This document shows, piece by piece, positions 10,651 to 20,400 of a stretch of 64,000 bases of DNA. The notes below the pieces were generated by a model, which saw only the letters and a list, made by a program, of their open reading frames with translations, had not been told where the DNA came from and made no database searches. Each line of letters opens with the position of its first letter. Position 1 is the first letter of the stretch. The stretch spans positions 4,563-68,562 of the forward strand of contig DVNH01000010.1 of the NCBI GenBank assembly GCA_018714565.1, given 5' to 3'. The position numbers and the translations under genes were made by a program. The stretch comes from Candidatus Merdicola faecigallinarum (GTDB lineage Bacteria; Bacillota; Clostridia; TANB77; CAG-508).

Positions 10651-11045
10651 TGAGCTCCTATTTCTGCCGTTTCCTTATTGGCTTCCTCTTGTGCTCTTTG
10701 AGCTGCCTGTAGCTCTTTTTGTGCCTTTTCTTGCTTCGCTTTTGCCTGTGCTCTTGCTCTTGCTTGTACTACGCTTTTGGTTCTGTTATAAGCAACAGTC
10801 CAAATAATAACACCTAGAGTAGCAATAGCAACAAGTAACAGTGGCATACGCCACAGGTCGAAGTCGCCCAATGCTGCCAGTTGTTTCCCAATTACTCCGA
10901 ATGTTTCTGAGACTAGATCCCAATTAAAACAAACGAAGGAAACAAGTAATACAACCGCCATCCCTATCAGATACCGACAGATCACTCCTCCCATTAGGTT
11001 TGTACTTACCTTTTTGCGCGACCTTTTGATGTTTTTCATGTACAT
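10641..11045 (-). CDS. Small two-TM membrane protein with lysine/alanine/glutamine-rich C-terminal tail, in a GC-rich islet
   Basis: MYMKNIKRSRKK, two hydrophobic helices, then an ARARAQAKAKQEKAQKELQAAQRAQEE tail. AGGAGGAAA RBS. Local GC is clearly higher than the surroundings and it uses the CGG, CGC and AGG arginine codons that native genes here avoid. Confidence 0.5.
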   Translation of the reverse strand: MYMKNIKRSRKKVSTNLMGGVICRYLIGMAVVLLVSFVCFNWDLVSETFGVIGKQLAALGDFDLWRMPLLLVAIATLGVIIWTVAYNRTKSVVQARARAQAKAKQEKAQKELQAAQRAQEEANKETAEIGAHKK

Positions 11046-11229
11046 TTCCTCCTGTTCTTTACTTCGATCCACTGGATCATAGTTTTATTATATCACATTT
11101 TGTTTTCCTTTTCAATCTACATAATTTTCTCTTATGAATAACTTGTGACTTTTTGGAAGGCTGACTTATTTTTACAATTCACAGTTTAGCATATAAAAGG
11201 TTTGCAAAGAATAAACTGTTATTTGTAAC

Positions 11230-11706
11230 TTACTTTTTATTTCTATGAAAGAAATTATAAATAACTTTCCTTATTTTTTGAATAAAAGACTCTTTATATT
11301 CAACTAAACTTGTGTTAGCAGGCTTCTCACTATTTTGTTGCTCATTTCTTATTTCATTCTTTTGGTCTTCTGTTTTTTTCCTTTGTTTAAATATACTTTC
11401 TATACTATACTTTTCTTCAACTTCTGTTTGATTCTTATTTAATATTTTTTTTAATTGTTCCTTTTCCTGTTCATTTTCGCACCAATAGTTTAAATGAAAC
11501 AGCATAATCATAGCTAACGCCTGATTAGTTATATTTTGCTTATACATATCAATCTCTGCATTATATACTGGATTATATCCTCTGTTTCTTTCTCTATCTA
11601 TTAGTTGATATAATTGTTTAGGAAGTTTCTCAATATATTTACTTCCTAGCATATTTAGTACACCATATACTTCGGAATAATAGTTTTTCTGTTGTACATT
11701 TATCAT
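11230..11706 (-). CDS. Hypothetical protein (158 aa)
   Basis: The start overlaps the stop of the upstream ORF (ATGA), indicating translational coupling. No recognisable motifs. Confidence 0.45.
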   Translation of the reverse strand: MINVQQKNYYSEVYGVLNMLGSKYIEKLPKQLYQLIDRERNRGYNPVYNAEIDMYKQNITNQALAMIMLFHLNYWCENEQEKEQLKKILNKNQTEVEEKYSIESIFKQRKKTEDQKNEIRNEQQNSEKPANTSLVEYKESFIQKIRKVIYNFFHRNKK

Positions 11707-13190
11707 CCTATCTCTTGTCCCTCGCTTTCTTTTTCCTGAACATGAACTTCTTTTTCCATTTGTAAAGTATCTTTAATAAAACTTAACGATTGTCCTAACA
11801 TCTCATTAGTAATATCCCTCATGTCATATGAATTTAAGAAATTTGAAAATATATCTTTAGCTCCGCTTACTTTTTCATTTACATTATTCATAAAGTTATT
11901 TGCAAAACTTTTTATTGAATATACACTTTTCCCCATACTTTCATATATATTTTTTAACAACTCCTGATTATTAGTTAACTCCAGGGTTTCATTATTTCTC
12001 ACTAGCTTGCTCGAAGCATATTCATCAGGTATCTCTTGTATTGTAGGTAATACATCAATGGGCAACATTTCAGCGTTTTCTGGTTTTGTAACATAGAATT
12101 CTCTTGCTGTAATATTTCTATCATCTGCATTAATATCTGTTCCTTTGCCAACGCTTTCATACTCCCTCAATCTTATCATATTCATATTTTGTTCATCTAC
12201 AGTTTGAGTAACTGCTCTATAATGATAGATTCCTTCGCCATCGAAAGAGATTTCCATATATTCTCCTGGCTCAAATCCTGTCCCAGATATTGAGTTTTCA
12301 GTAATAGTTAAATTCTCATCTATTTTTTTTACTACATTTTCGATTCCTTCTTTAGAAGTTAAGTCAAAATCCTTTCCTACTGCTCCGGCTACCATCATTT
12401 CTAATTGTCTATAGCAATTTTCATCATTTAAAAATCGTTCTGATACCCCTAGCTTCTCCAATATAGGTTTCATTCCCGAAAATTCCATTAATGTTATGTT
12501 TTGATCTCCATTATTTGGTTGATTATATATATCTTCTGCTATTTGACTAATTTCATCTTGTCTTTCATCAGTATTATCTCTTTGTCTTCTAGCTGAATAT
12601 AAATTTGAACTATCTATTATGTATGGAGTTTGAGAATTCGTTTCTACTAGCTCCCAATATTCATCATACTTAAAATCCAATCCCTGCATATGTTGCGATA
12701 CAGAATCGCTTTTTTGTTTAAACTCTTCTCCTAATTGGTCATATTCACTTTGTTCTAACTGTTCTACCTTTGATTTTGATGTCTCCCCAATTAATATATC
12801 TTGCTCACCAGTTTGATATGTATTTTCATCTAACATTTCTAGCAATTTATTCCCTTCACATAACCACATATTAACCTTACTAATTTTTATTTGATTTTCT
12901 TCTGGTTTAGTTAATTTCGTAGAAGTGCTTATTTTTTCGTGAATAGATGCTATACTTACTTGTTCATTTCCAATCTCCCATTGTCCTTTTATTAGATCTG
13001 CTAATTTATCTGCATCACTCATAGATTCTATTGTTAAATTTTTATCTTTAATTACTTTGCTTAATTGACTTTTTAGTTCTTCATATGCCACACCACTGTT
13101 TATAAAAGCCTCATCTACTCCGGCTTCGCTTAAAACATATTTATACACGTCATCTTCTGACTTACTATCAAAAACAAAATTTTCTAACAC
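11703..13190 (-). CDS. Hypothetical acidic soluble protein (495 aa)
   Basis: Long uninterrupted ORF with a GTG start preceded by AAGGGGA. No TM segment and no nucleotide-binding motif that I recognise. Confidence 0.5.
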   Translation of the reverse strand: MLENFVFDSKSEDDVYKYVLSEAGVDEAFINSGVAYEELKSQLSKVIKDKNLTIESMSDADKLADLIKGQWEIGNEQVSIASIHEKISTSTKLTKPEENQIKISKVNMWLCEGNKLLEMLDENTYQTGEQDILIGETSKSKVEQLEQSEYDQLGEEFKQKSDSVSQHMQGLDFKYDEYWELVETNSQTPYIIDSSNLYSARRQRDNTDERQDEISQIAEDIYNQPNNGDQNITLMEFSGMKPILEKLGVSERFLNDENCYRQLEMMVAGAVGKDFDLTSKEGIENVVKKIDENLTITENSISGTGFEPGEYMEISFDGEGIYHYRAVTQTVDEQNMNMIRLREYESVGKGTDINADDRNITAREFYVTKPENAEMLPIDVLPTIQEIPDEYASSKLVRNNETLELTNNQELLKNIYESMGKSVYSIKSFANNFMNNVNEKVSGAKDIFSNFLNSYDMRDITNEMLGQSLSFIKDTLQMEKEVHVQEKESEGQEIG

Positions 13191-13477
13191 AATTTTCCCC
13201 TTTCAATTCCCTTAAAATGTTAAATTATAATCTTGAATTTAACAATTATAATAATACACTATGTTTATTTTTTTTTCAATTAGTTTTTTTATTTTTTTAT
13301 ATAAATAACTTGTGATTATTTTAATTCTTTTTTATAATTTTCTCTTTCTTAATTTGAAATTAGCTCTGTATTTCCTATTTTATTTTTATTCTCTCATCAG
13401 GAGAGCACCAGAAGCATATGCTACTAGTGCTCTCCTTTCTTGTATTAACTACAATCCCTGCAGGAAGAAGGCAAAAC

Positions 13478-13795
13478 TCATCTGCGACTTCTTCTTGTAT
13501 CGTTTCCCTGACCCTGAGTTTGATTCTCTGTTTGTGTCTGCCCTGCATTGGTATCTTTTTTTCTCCGTGGAAGCTTCACAGTCGAAACTCCACCTTTGAA
13601 AGACTGATACAGGCTACTACCAACCACTCCAATCACAACGCCAATGATCAGCGGAATTGCATTTGATGTGATCCAATTCCAAATACCCTGCCAATCAGGA
13701 CTAGGAATTTTCCCAATCAAATTAAATTCCAGCACCAAATACATCAGCACCATACCTAAGATCAACCAGAAAACTTTACTTTTCAACCTCTTCAT
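13478..13795 (-). CDS. Small two-TM membrane protein with basic/Gln-Thr-rich tail, in a GC-rich islet
   Basis: MKRLKSKVFWLILGMVLMYLVLEF (TM1), PSPDWQGIWNW, a second TM, then a KLPRRKKDT...RRSRR tail. AAAGGAGCGG RBS. It contains an in-frame CGG. Confidence 0.5.
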   Translation of the reverse strand: MKRLKSKVFWLILGMVLMYLVLEFNLIGKIPSPDWQGIWNWITSNAIPLIIGVVIGVVGSSLYQSFKGGVSTVKLPRRKKDTNAGQTQTENQTQGQGNDTRRSRR

Positions 13796-13928
13796 ACTAA
13801 CCGCTCCTTTCCAAATGTTAATTGTTTATATGAAGATGAAACCTAGGGGTTATCTTCTTTATTATACCATAGATTTGTCATTTTTTCAAGTTTATGTCTA
13901 CTCCCCTAGTCGGTGTCATAACTACAAA

Positions 13929-13971
13929 ATACACCTTAAATATTAGATCTTTTCCAATATTTAAGGTGTAT
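13929..13971 (-). terminator. Rho-independent terminator after the 14015..15493 gene
   Basis: A 16-bp perfect stem ATACACCTTAAATATT / AATATTTAAGGTGTAT with an 11-nt loop. On the minus strand it is followed by a U-rich run. Confidence 0.45.
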
Positions 13972-14014
13972 TCCTTCCTTATTTCAGTTTTCCTATTTAA
14001 ATAATTCTTTTATA

Positions 14015-15493
14015 CTATCTTCCATCGCGTCCGCTTTGTTTTTGTTGTTGTTTTGCTTGAGTCCATCCATCAAAAATTCGGTTTTGTGCTTTTGCTTTTA
14101 CTTGTAAACCAGATTTGAATTTTCTTTGATCTCTCTCTATATTTTTTAATACGTCTACACGATCAATTTTACTACTTCTTCTTTGTTTTTTTGCAAGCAT
14201 TGCTTGTTCTATTTTTTCTCTTCCCTTAAAGAAACTTCTTGGGTTAGCAAAACGGAATGCCATTCTCTGTCTCCATTTTGCAAATCCACTAATTTCTTTT
14301 TGTCCTTCTTTTACTCTGTATGGAGTCGTTTCCATTAAAGATACAACAGAATCAGCTTCTTCCCTTTTTTCCTTCTCTAATTCTGATTTTTCTTTTAAGG
14401 CTTCATCCATTGCCATTTCCATTACAGCAATATCTTGTTCCAATTTTGGAATAAATCTCTTTAACTCTGTATCAGATGGAATTGGTCCTACCATCCCTGA
14501 AAAATATCTATTTTGAATATTTGCATCTTTCATTTCTATCTTTCTAGTAGATGTGTTTTCCTCTGCCACTTTTATTGTTTTTCCTAATTTTGCAGCAACT
14601 TTTCCAGCAAGCGCTGCACCTGCTGCATCTCTCTTAGGATTAAATGCATCACGTCTTAAACGAGCCACAAAATCTTTTGCAGATTCTCCTGATCCTTGTT
14701 TTTTTGTTCCGTCATCTTCGTACTCTTTATATGCTTTTGGATCAGAATCCATAATAATATCTCTTTGGTCATAGTAATGTCCTTTTACTTTATTTTCTAA
14801 TTCTGCTTTTTCTGATTTTAATTCTTCTTTTTCTTCATCCGATTTCGCTGGATCTGCAAGTTCTGTTGCAATCGATGCAAGTCTAGCATTTGCTCTTGTG
14901 ATTTTTCCATCTAATTCAAGCAATTTTCGATCAATCTCTTGTGTTTTTTTGAATTCTTCGATTTCTGCTTTCATGCCATCTCTTAAATCCATTATCGGAT
15001 TCATATTGGTTTTAATCTCATTTTGTTTTGCTTCTATTTTTCTGTCATACTCTGCTATATTTCTATTGTGATATGTTTTTTCTAATTCTCCAGAGCGCTC
15101 TGCTTTTATAATTTCTGAATATACATTATCAATTATTGTTACTTTGCTATCTCTACTTGCTTTTAATAAATCTCTTGCTTTTGTAAAAGTATCTACTTCA
15201 GATGGCTCTAAAGGCTCATCTTCGTTGTATTCTCTACTCTTAATAATTGTATCCATTTGTGAAATTGCATCATCATATAAATCTAGAATATCATCTAAAA
15301 CCAACTCATTACCATTAATTGTAATGTTTTGTAAATTATTTGTAATTCTTCTTAATAAACCTTTTACATCATTATCACTTAAAGCAACTGTTGTGTCTGT
15401 TCTTGACAATAAACTATCTCTAATATCATTTACAAGATTATCTACTCTTTGTCCTACTCTACGCAATTGTTCATTTCCTGATCTTAAATCCAT
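14015..15493 (-). CDS. Hypothetical coiled-coil protein (492 aa), charged and helical throughout
   Basis: Long E/K/R-rich ORF with heptad-like regions, no TM segment and no Walker motif. RBS AAAGGGGA. Confidence 0.5.
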   Translation of the reverse strand: MDLRSGNEQLRRVGQRVDNLVNDIRDSLLSRTDTTVALSDNDVKGLLRRITNNLQNITINGNELVLDDILDLYDDAISQMDTIIKSREYNEDEPLEPSEVDTFTKARDLLKASRDSKVTIIDNVYSEIIKAERSGELEKTYHNRNIAEYDRKIEAKQNEIKTNMNPIMDLRDGMKAEIEEFKKTQEIDRKLLELDGKITRANARLASIATELADPAKSDEEKEELKSEKAELENKVKGHYYDQRDIIMDSDPKAYKEYEDDGTKKQGSGESAKDFVARLRRDAFNPKRDAAGAALAGKVAAKLGKTIKVAEENTSTRKIEMKDANIQNRYFSGMVGPIPSDTELKRFIPKLEQDIAVMEMAMDEALKEKSELEKEKREEADSVVSLMETTPYRVKEGQKEISGFAKWRQRMAFRFANPRSFFKGREKIEQAMLAKKQRRSSKIDRVDVLKNIERDQRKFKSGLQVKAKAQNRIFDGWTQAKQQQKQSGRDGR

Positions 15494-15546
15494 ATTCCTC
15501 TATCCCCTTTCTTAGGTTATAGATTGACACCTACCTTCCTCTTCTT

Positions 15547-15741
15547 TTAATTTAATGATTTTTCTACTGCCTCTATAATTAATAACTTTTTTTGTATTTC
15601 TAATGTTAATTTTGTATATTCTGCAAGTTCCTTCGTTGAAGCTTTCTTTAAATCTTCTTCCGAAATATTATTGTTGATTTCATCTAATTGTCTTATAATT
15701 TCTTCTTTTTGTCTCATTAACTCTTTTAAATTTTCGTTCAT
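15547..15741 (-). CDS. Small helical protein (64 aa)
   Basis: MNENLKELMRQKEEIIRQLDEINNNISEEDLKK is predicted to be helical. It is the first gene of the island transcription unit. Its small size makes it uncertain. Confidence 0.35.
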   Translation of the reverse strand: MNENLKELMRQKEEIIRQLDEINNNISEEDLKKASTKELAEYTKLTLEIQKKLLIIEAVEKSLN

Positions 15742-15985
15742 AGATCTTTCATCTTAATTTTTAAAATTAAGATATCCTCCTTTCATTTTATCTTATGTTA
15801 ACCTATCTTTTTTTACATCACTATTATAATTTTACTATATTTTCCTATAAAAATCAACAAAAAAACAAAAATTTATATATTCTTCTCCTTTTTTAGTTAT
15901 ATATTAAATTTAATAGAATTTTTGAAAGACATCCCATGCTTTTTTTGAATTTTACCTATATAACTTAGATCATATGCAAAAATAA

Positions 15986-16019
15986 AAGAATGTTTAATCC
16001 TATTGTAATAAACATTCTT
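15986..16019. terminator. Bidirectional terminator after trmFO
   Basis: AAGAATGTTTA / TAAACATTCTT 11-bp stem with an A-run upstream and a T-run downstream. Confidence 0.4.
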
Positions 16020-16028
16020 TTATTTCTT

Positions 16029-17339
16029 TTATTCTATTTTTATTTCTTTTAATTTTTTCATTGCTCTATCTGCTAGTGCCTCATATCTCATTTTCTTATC
16101 TCTAATTTTTTCTGAAAGTTCTGGTAATATTCCAAAATTTGCATTCATAGGCTGAAATTTGTCATTTTCTGTCACAATATATTTCGTAATTGCCCCACTC
16201 ATTGTTTCTTTTGGAATCTCTATTTTTTCTTTTCCCTGTAATATATTGGCAGCATTTATTCCTGCAATTAATCCTGACATAATAGATTCTACATATCCTT
16301 CTACTCCAGTAATTTGTCCCGCAAAGAATATGTGAGGGTTTGTTCTTAGCTGATAACTTTCATTTAATAGCTTAGTAGAGTTGATATAAGTATTTCGGTG
16401 CATTACCCCATATTTTACGAACTCTGCTTTTTCAAGTCCAGGAATAAGAGAAAACACTCTTTTTTGTTCTCCAAATTTTAAATTTGTTTGAAACCCTACT
16501 AAATTATATAGTGTTCCTTCTTTATTGTCCTGTCTTAATTGTACAATTGCATATGGTCTTTTTCCTGTTCTTGGATCCGTAAATCCCACTGGCTTTAAAG
16601 GTCCAAATCTTAATGTATCTTTTCCTCTTTTTGCCATCACTTCCACTGGCATACAGCCTTCAAAAATTTCTCTTTTTTCAAATTCATGTAGTTCTACCAC
16701 TTCTGCACCTATTAATTCTTGATAAAATTGTTCATATTCTTCTTGGTTCATTGGAAGATTAATATAACTTGCTTCTCCCTTTCCATATCGATCACCAATA
16801 AACGCAATTTCAAAATTAACACTTTCTTTTGTGACAATAGGCGCTGCTGCATCATAAAAGAAAAGCTTATCTTGTCCCGTTAAGTCTCCTATCTTATTTG
16901 CCAAAAGATCTGCAGTTAATGGGCCTGTCGCAACAATAATAATATCATCTTCTTGAAATTCGTTAAAATCTGTGATTTCTTTATGGATCACTTCAATATT
17001 TTGATTTTCTCTTATTGCATTTGTTACTTCTTCTGAAAATTTTTCTCTATCCACCGCTAAGGCTTGCCCTGCTGGCACCTTTGTTTGATCAGCAATTTTT
17101 ATTAGAAGAGAATCCATTTGTCTAAGTTCTTCTTTTAAAAGTCCACATGCATTTGTATGCAAGTTCGATTTAAAAGAATTACTGCAAACAATCTCTGCTA
17201 AATTTTCATTCGAATGTGCTGAAGAATATTTCTTCGGTTTCATTTCATATAATTTTACTTTTATTCCTCTTTTTGCGACTTGATAAGCAGCTTCAGATCC
17301 GGCTAAACCTCCACCTATAATATGAATTATTTTTTCCAT
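16029..17339 (-). CDS. trmFO: methylenetetrahydrofolate--tRNA-(uracil54-C5)-methyltransferase TrmFO (Gid)
   Basis: Begins MEKIIHIIGGGLAGSEAAYQ (FAD-binding GGGLAGSEAA). I placed the start at the ATG preceded by GGAATGGAGAAAAG; the track ORF has 21 extra upstream codons. Confidence 0.88.
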   Translation of the reverse strand: MEKIIHIIGGGLAGSEAAYQVAKRGIKVKLYEMKPKKYSSAHSNENLAEIVCSNSFKSNLHTNACGLLKEELRQMDSLLIKIADQTKVPAGQALAVDREKFSEEVTNAIRENQNIEVIHKEITDFNEFQEDDIIIVATGPLTADLLANKIGDLTGQDKLFFYDAAAPIVTKESVNFEIAFIGDRYGKGEASYINLPMNQEEYEQFYQELIGAEVVELHEFEKREIFEGCMPVEVMAKRGKDTLRFGPLKPVGFTDPRTGKRPYAIVQLRQDNKEGTLYNLVGFQTNLKFGEQKRVFSLIPGLEKAEFVKYGVMHRNTYINSTKLLNESYQLRTNPHIFFAGQITGVEGYVESIMSGLIAGINAANILQGKEKIEIPKETMSGAITKYIVTENDKFQPMNANFGILPELSEKIRDKKMRYEALADRAMKKLKEIKIE

Positions 17340-17404
17340 CTTTTCTCCATTCCTATTTTCTCTTCGAATTATCAATCTACACGATTGTTTATGGTATATC
17401 ATTT

Positions 17405-20400
17405 TTATTCAAATAAGCTCATGATTTCATCTTTACTTAATTGGCTAATAAAGGTAGTTTCTGTACCAATCATTTGATCAATTAATTTTTCTTTTTTCTC
17501 CTGTAATTCATAAATCTTTTCTTCAATCGAATTCTTCGTAATTAACTTATATACTTGCACATTATTTTTTTGCCCAATTCGATAAGCTCTATCTGTTGCT
17601 TGATTTTCTGCCGACATATTCCACCAAGGATCATAGTGAATTACCATATCCGCACCAATCAAATTTAACCCTGTTCCTCCTGCCTTTAATGATATTAAAA
17701 ATACTTTTACTTCTTCATTTTTATTAAAATCATCTACTAAGCCAATTCTTTCTTCTACTTTTGTTTGCCCCGTCAATTTATAATATTTTATATTCTCCTT
17801 CTTTAAATGCCCTTCAATAATTTTAAACATTGAAGTATATCCAGAGAAAATTAAAATCTTATGTCCTCCTTCTACTGCATCTTTTACCAATTCGATACAT
17901 TGTGTTAATTTACTACTTCCACTTTGATAATTTTCGATAAATAAAGAAGGATGACAACAAATTTGTCTTAATCTTGTAAGAAGAGCTAATATCTTTATTT
18001 GGGATTTTTCGAATCCTTGCTGTTTTATTTCTTTCATTGCCTCTGTCCTTGCTTGAGATAAATAAGACATATAAATCTTTTGTTGCTCTTCTTCCATTTC
18101 ATTATTTAAAATAGTAACACTTTTTTCTGGTAACTCTTTTAATACTTCTTTCTTTATTCTTCTTAAAATGAAAGGTTCAATCATCATCTTTAATTTCTTA
18201 CTTGCTTCTTCATCGTTATCTCTCATAATTGGGATTTCATAAATCTGTTTGAACTTTTTATAAGTAAACAAATAACCTGACATAATATAATCAAAAATGG
18301 ACCAAAGTTCTGCTAATGAATTTTCAATTGGCGTTCCTGTAAGGGCAAATTTGGTATGGGCATAAATTCTTTTTAATGCTTTTGCATTTTGTGTATGACT
18401 ATTTTTTATATATTGTGCCTCATCCGCAATTTGATAATAAAAGTGAATATCATTTTCTTCATAAAAATCGATATCTCTTTTTAGTAAATCATAGGAAGTA
18501 ACAATAAGATCATAATTTGAAATTTGTTTTATTTTCTCTTTTCTTTCTTCTATATTTCCTCCCATAACTAAAACTTTTATCTCTGGTGCAAATTTTTCTA
18601 TCTCACTTTTCCAGTTTAATGCAAGTGAACTTGGTGTTACAACTAAAGAAGGAATCGGATTTGGAGTATTTTCCAGATAATCCAAAAGCAAAGCCAATAC
18701 TTGTACTGTTTTTCCAAGTCCCATATCATCTGCTAAAATTCCACCTAATTGATATTGATTTAATACTTTTAGCCATCGATATCCAATTTTTTGGTAATAA
18801 CGCAATTGACATTTTAAACCTTTTGGAACATAATCTGTATTTTCGATTTCCTTATCATGGATTTGATTTACTAAATCTTTATACTCTTGGTTTTTTTGTA
18901 TTTCAATATGTTTTAAGTTTTCTAATATTTTATTTAAATATAAAGTTCGATAAAGTGGTACCTTAATTTTACCTCGTTCCAAATCTTTATAATCTACTTC
19001 CATTCCATATTCTAAACTATTTAGAAATTGAATATCTTCATTTTGTTCTAAATCAATAAAACTTCCATCTTTTAACCTATGGTATTTTTTTCGAATATTG
19101 TATTTCGCTAAAATCTCTTTTAACTCTGTTCGATCAAATTCTAAACCTGTTAAATCAATATCTAACAAATTGTTTTCGATCTTGACTCCTATCGTTCCTA
19201 ATTTAGGCTGTCTAATCTCTTTCGTTTTAAAGTTGTCTGTTACTAAAACCTCAAATCTCTTCATGTATTCTTCGATATCTTCGGATAAAAAGTGGTAAAT
19301 TGAATCATCACTAACTAGTATAAATCTTAAATTTGCAGAATCTAATAAAAATCCCGTTTTTCGAAATAGATTTAAACATTCTGTTTCTTGCACTACATTT
19401 CTTGCAATTTTATGTTCTTTTTCAATATCAATTGGATTGAATTCATAATCCCCATAGCAAAATTTAACATCTGCAATAATATAATTATTTTTATCATAAT
19501 CTAAATAAACTTTTACCCTTAATTCTTTTGGTATATATTTTTCCCTGACCTCTGGCAAAATATTTTCAATAATAATACTTTCTTTTAACTTTGGTACGAT
19601 TAAAGAAAAGAAATCTGGTAATTCCTTTTTACTAAATTTAATTGTTTGCACAAAATTTTTACGAAAAATTTCTAATAATTTAAAAGTGGTATGTTTAAAT
19701 TCTTTTTCACATCGATATAGCATGTCATCTAATAAAAAATAAATATATTCTTTTCCTTCTAATAAACTATAATCCTTTTCTTGTATACTTGGTGCAAAAA
19801 TAAATTCTTCACTATTAATTTGTTCTAATTTAAAAGTAATATTTGGCTCAGCTGGAATTAATTTTATTTTATTTTCTTCCGAATTCCCATGCATTGCAAT
19901 TGTTTTGCCTTTCATAATTTCAAAAAATTCATCCAAACCAGTATTACTAAGAAGAACAAAATTATCATTTAAAACTTTTCCATAATATCGATATCCTGTA
20001 TTTCCACTACTATTTACATATTTTATAATTTCTGCTTGTTTTAAAACAAATTCTAAAAGTTCTTTGCTTTCTGGTACAAAATTGCAAGGATCATGAACAA
20101 ATTCTAATTTTGTTCCATATCGATATTTTTCTTTTTCTAACATTCTAGTATAAAAATCGGATAGACTCTTTATTTTATACAGCTTTTCCTCTCCTATTTT
20201 TAATTCTAATTTCATTTCTTTACTATATTGGTCATACCATATTTCTGGAAAAATCTTTACTTTATGTGTTGCTGTCATTTCCTCTTTTGTTTCATAAGTT
20301 TCTACTTCTTCTTGATAAAAAGCATGAATCATCTGTTTAAAATTACGATAATTTCCTTTTCCTATTTGCTTTGGTTGCAAATCTACTGTTTTTTTTGTAT

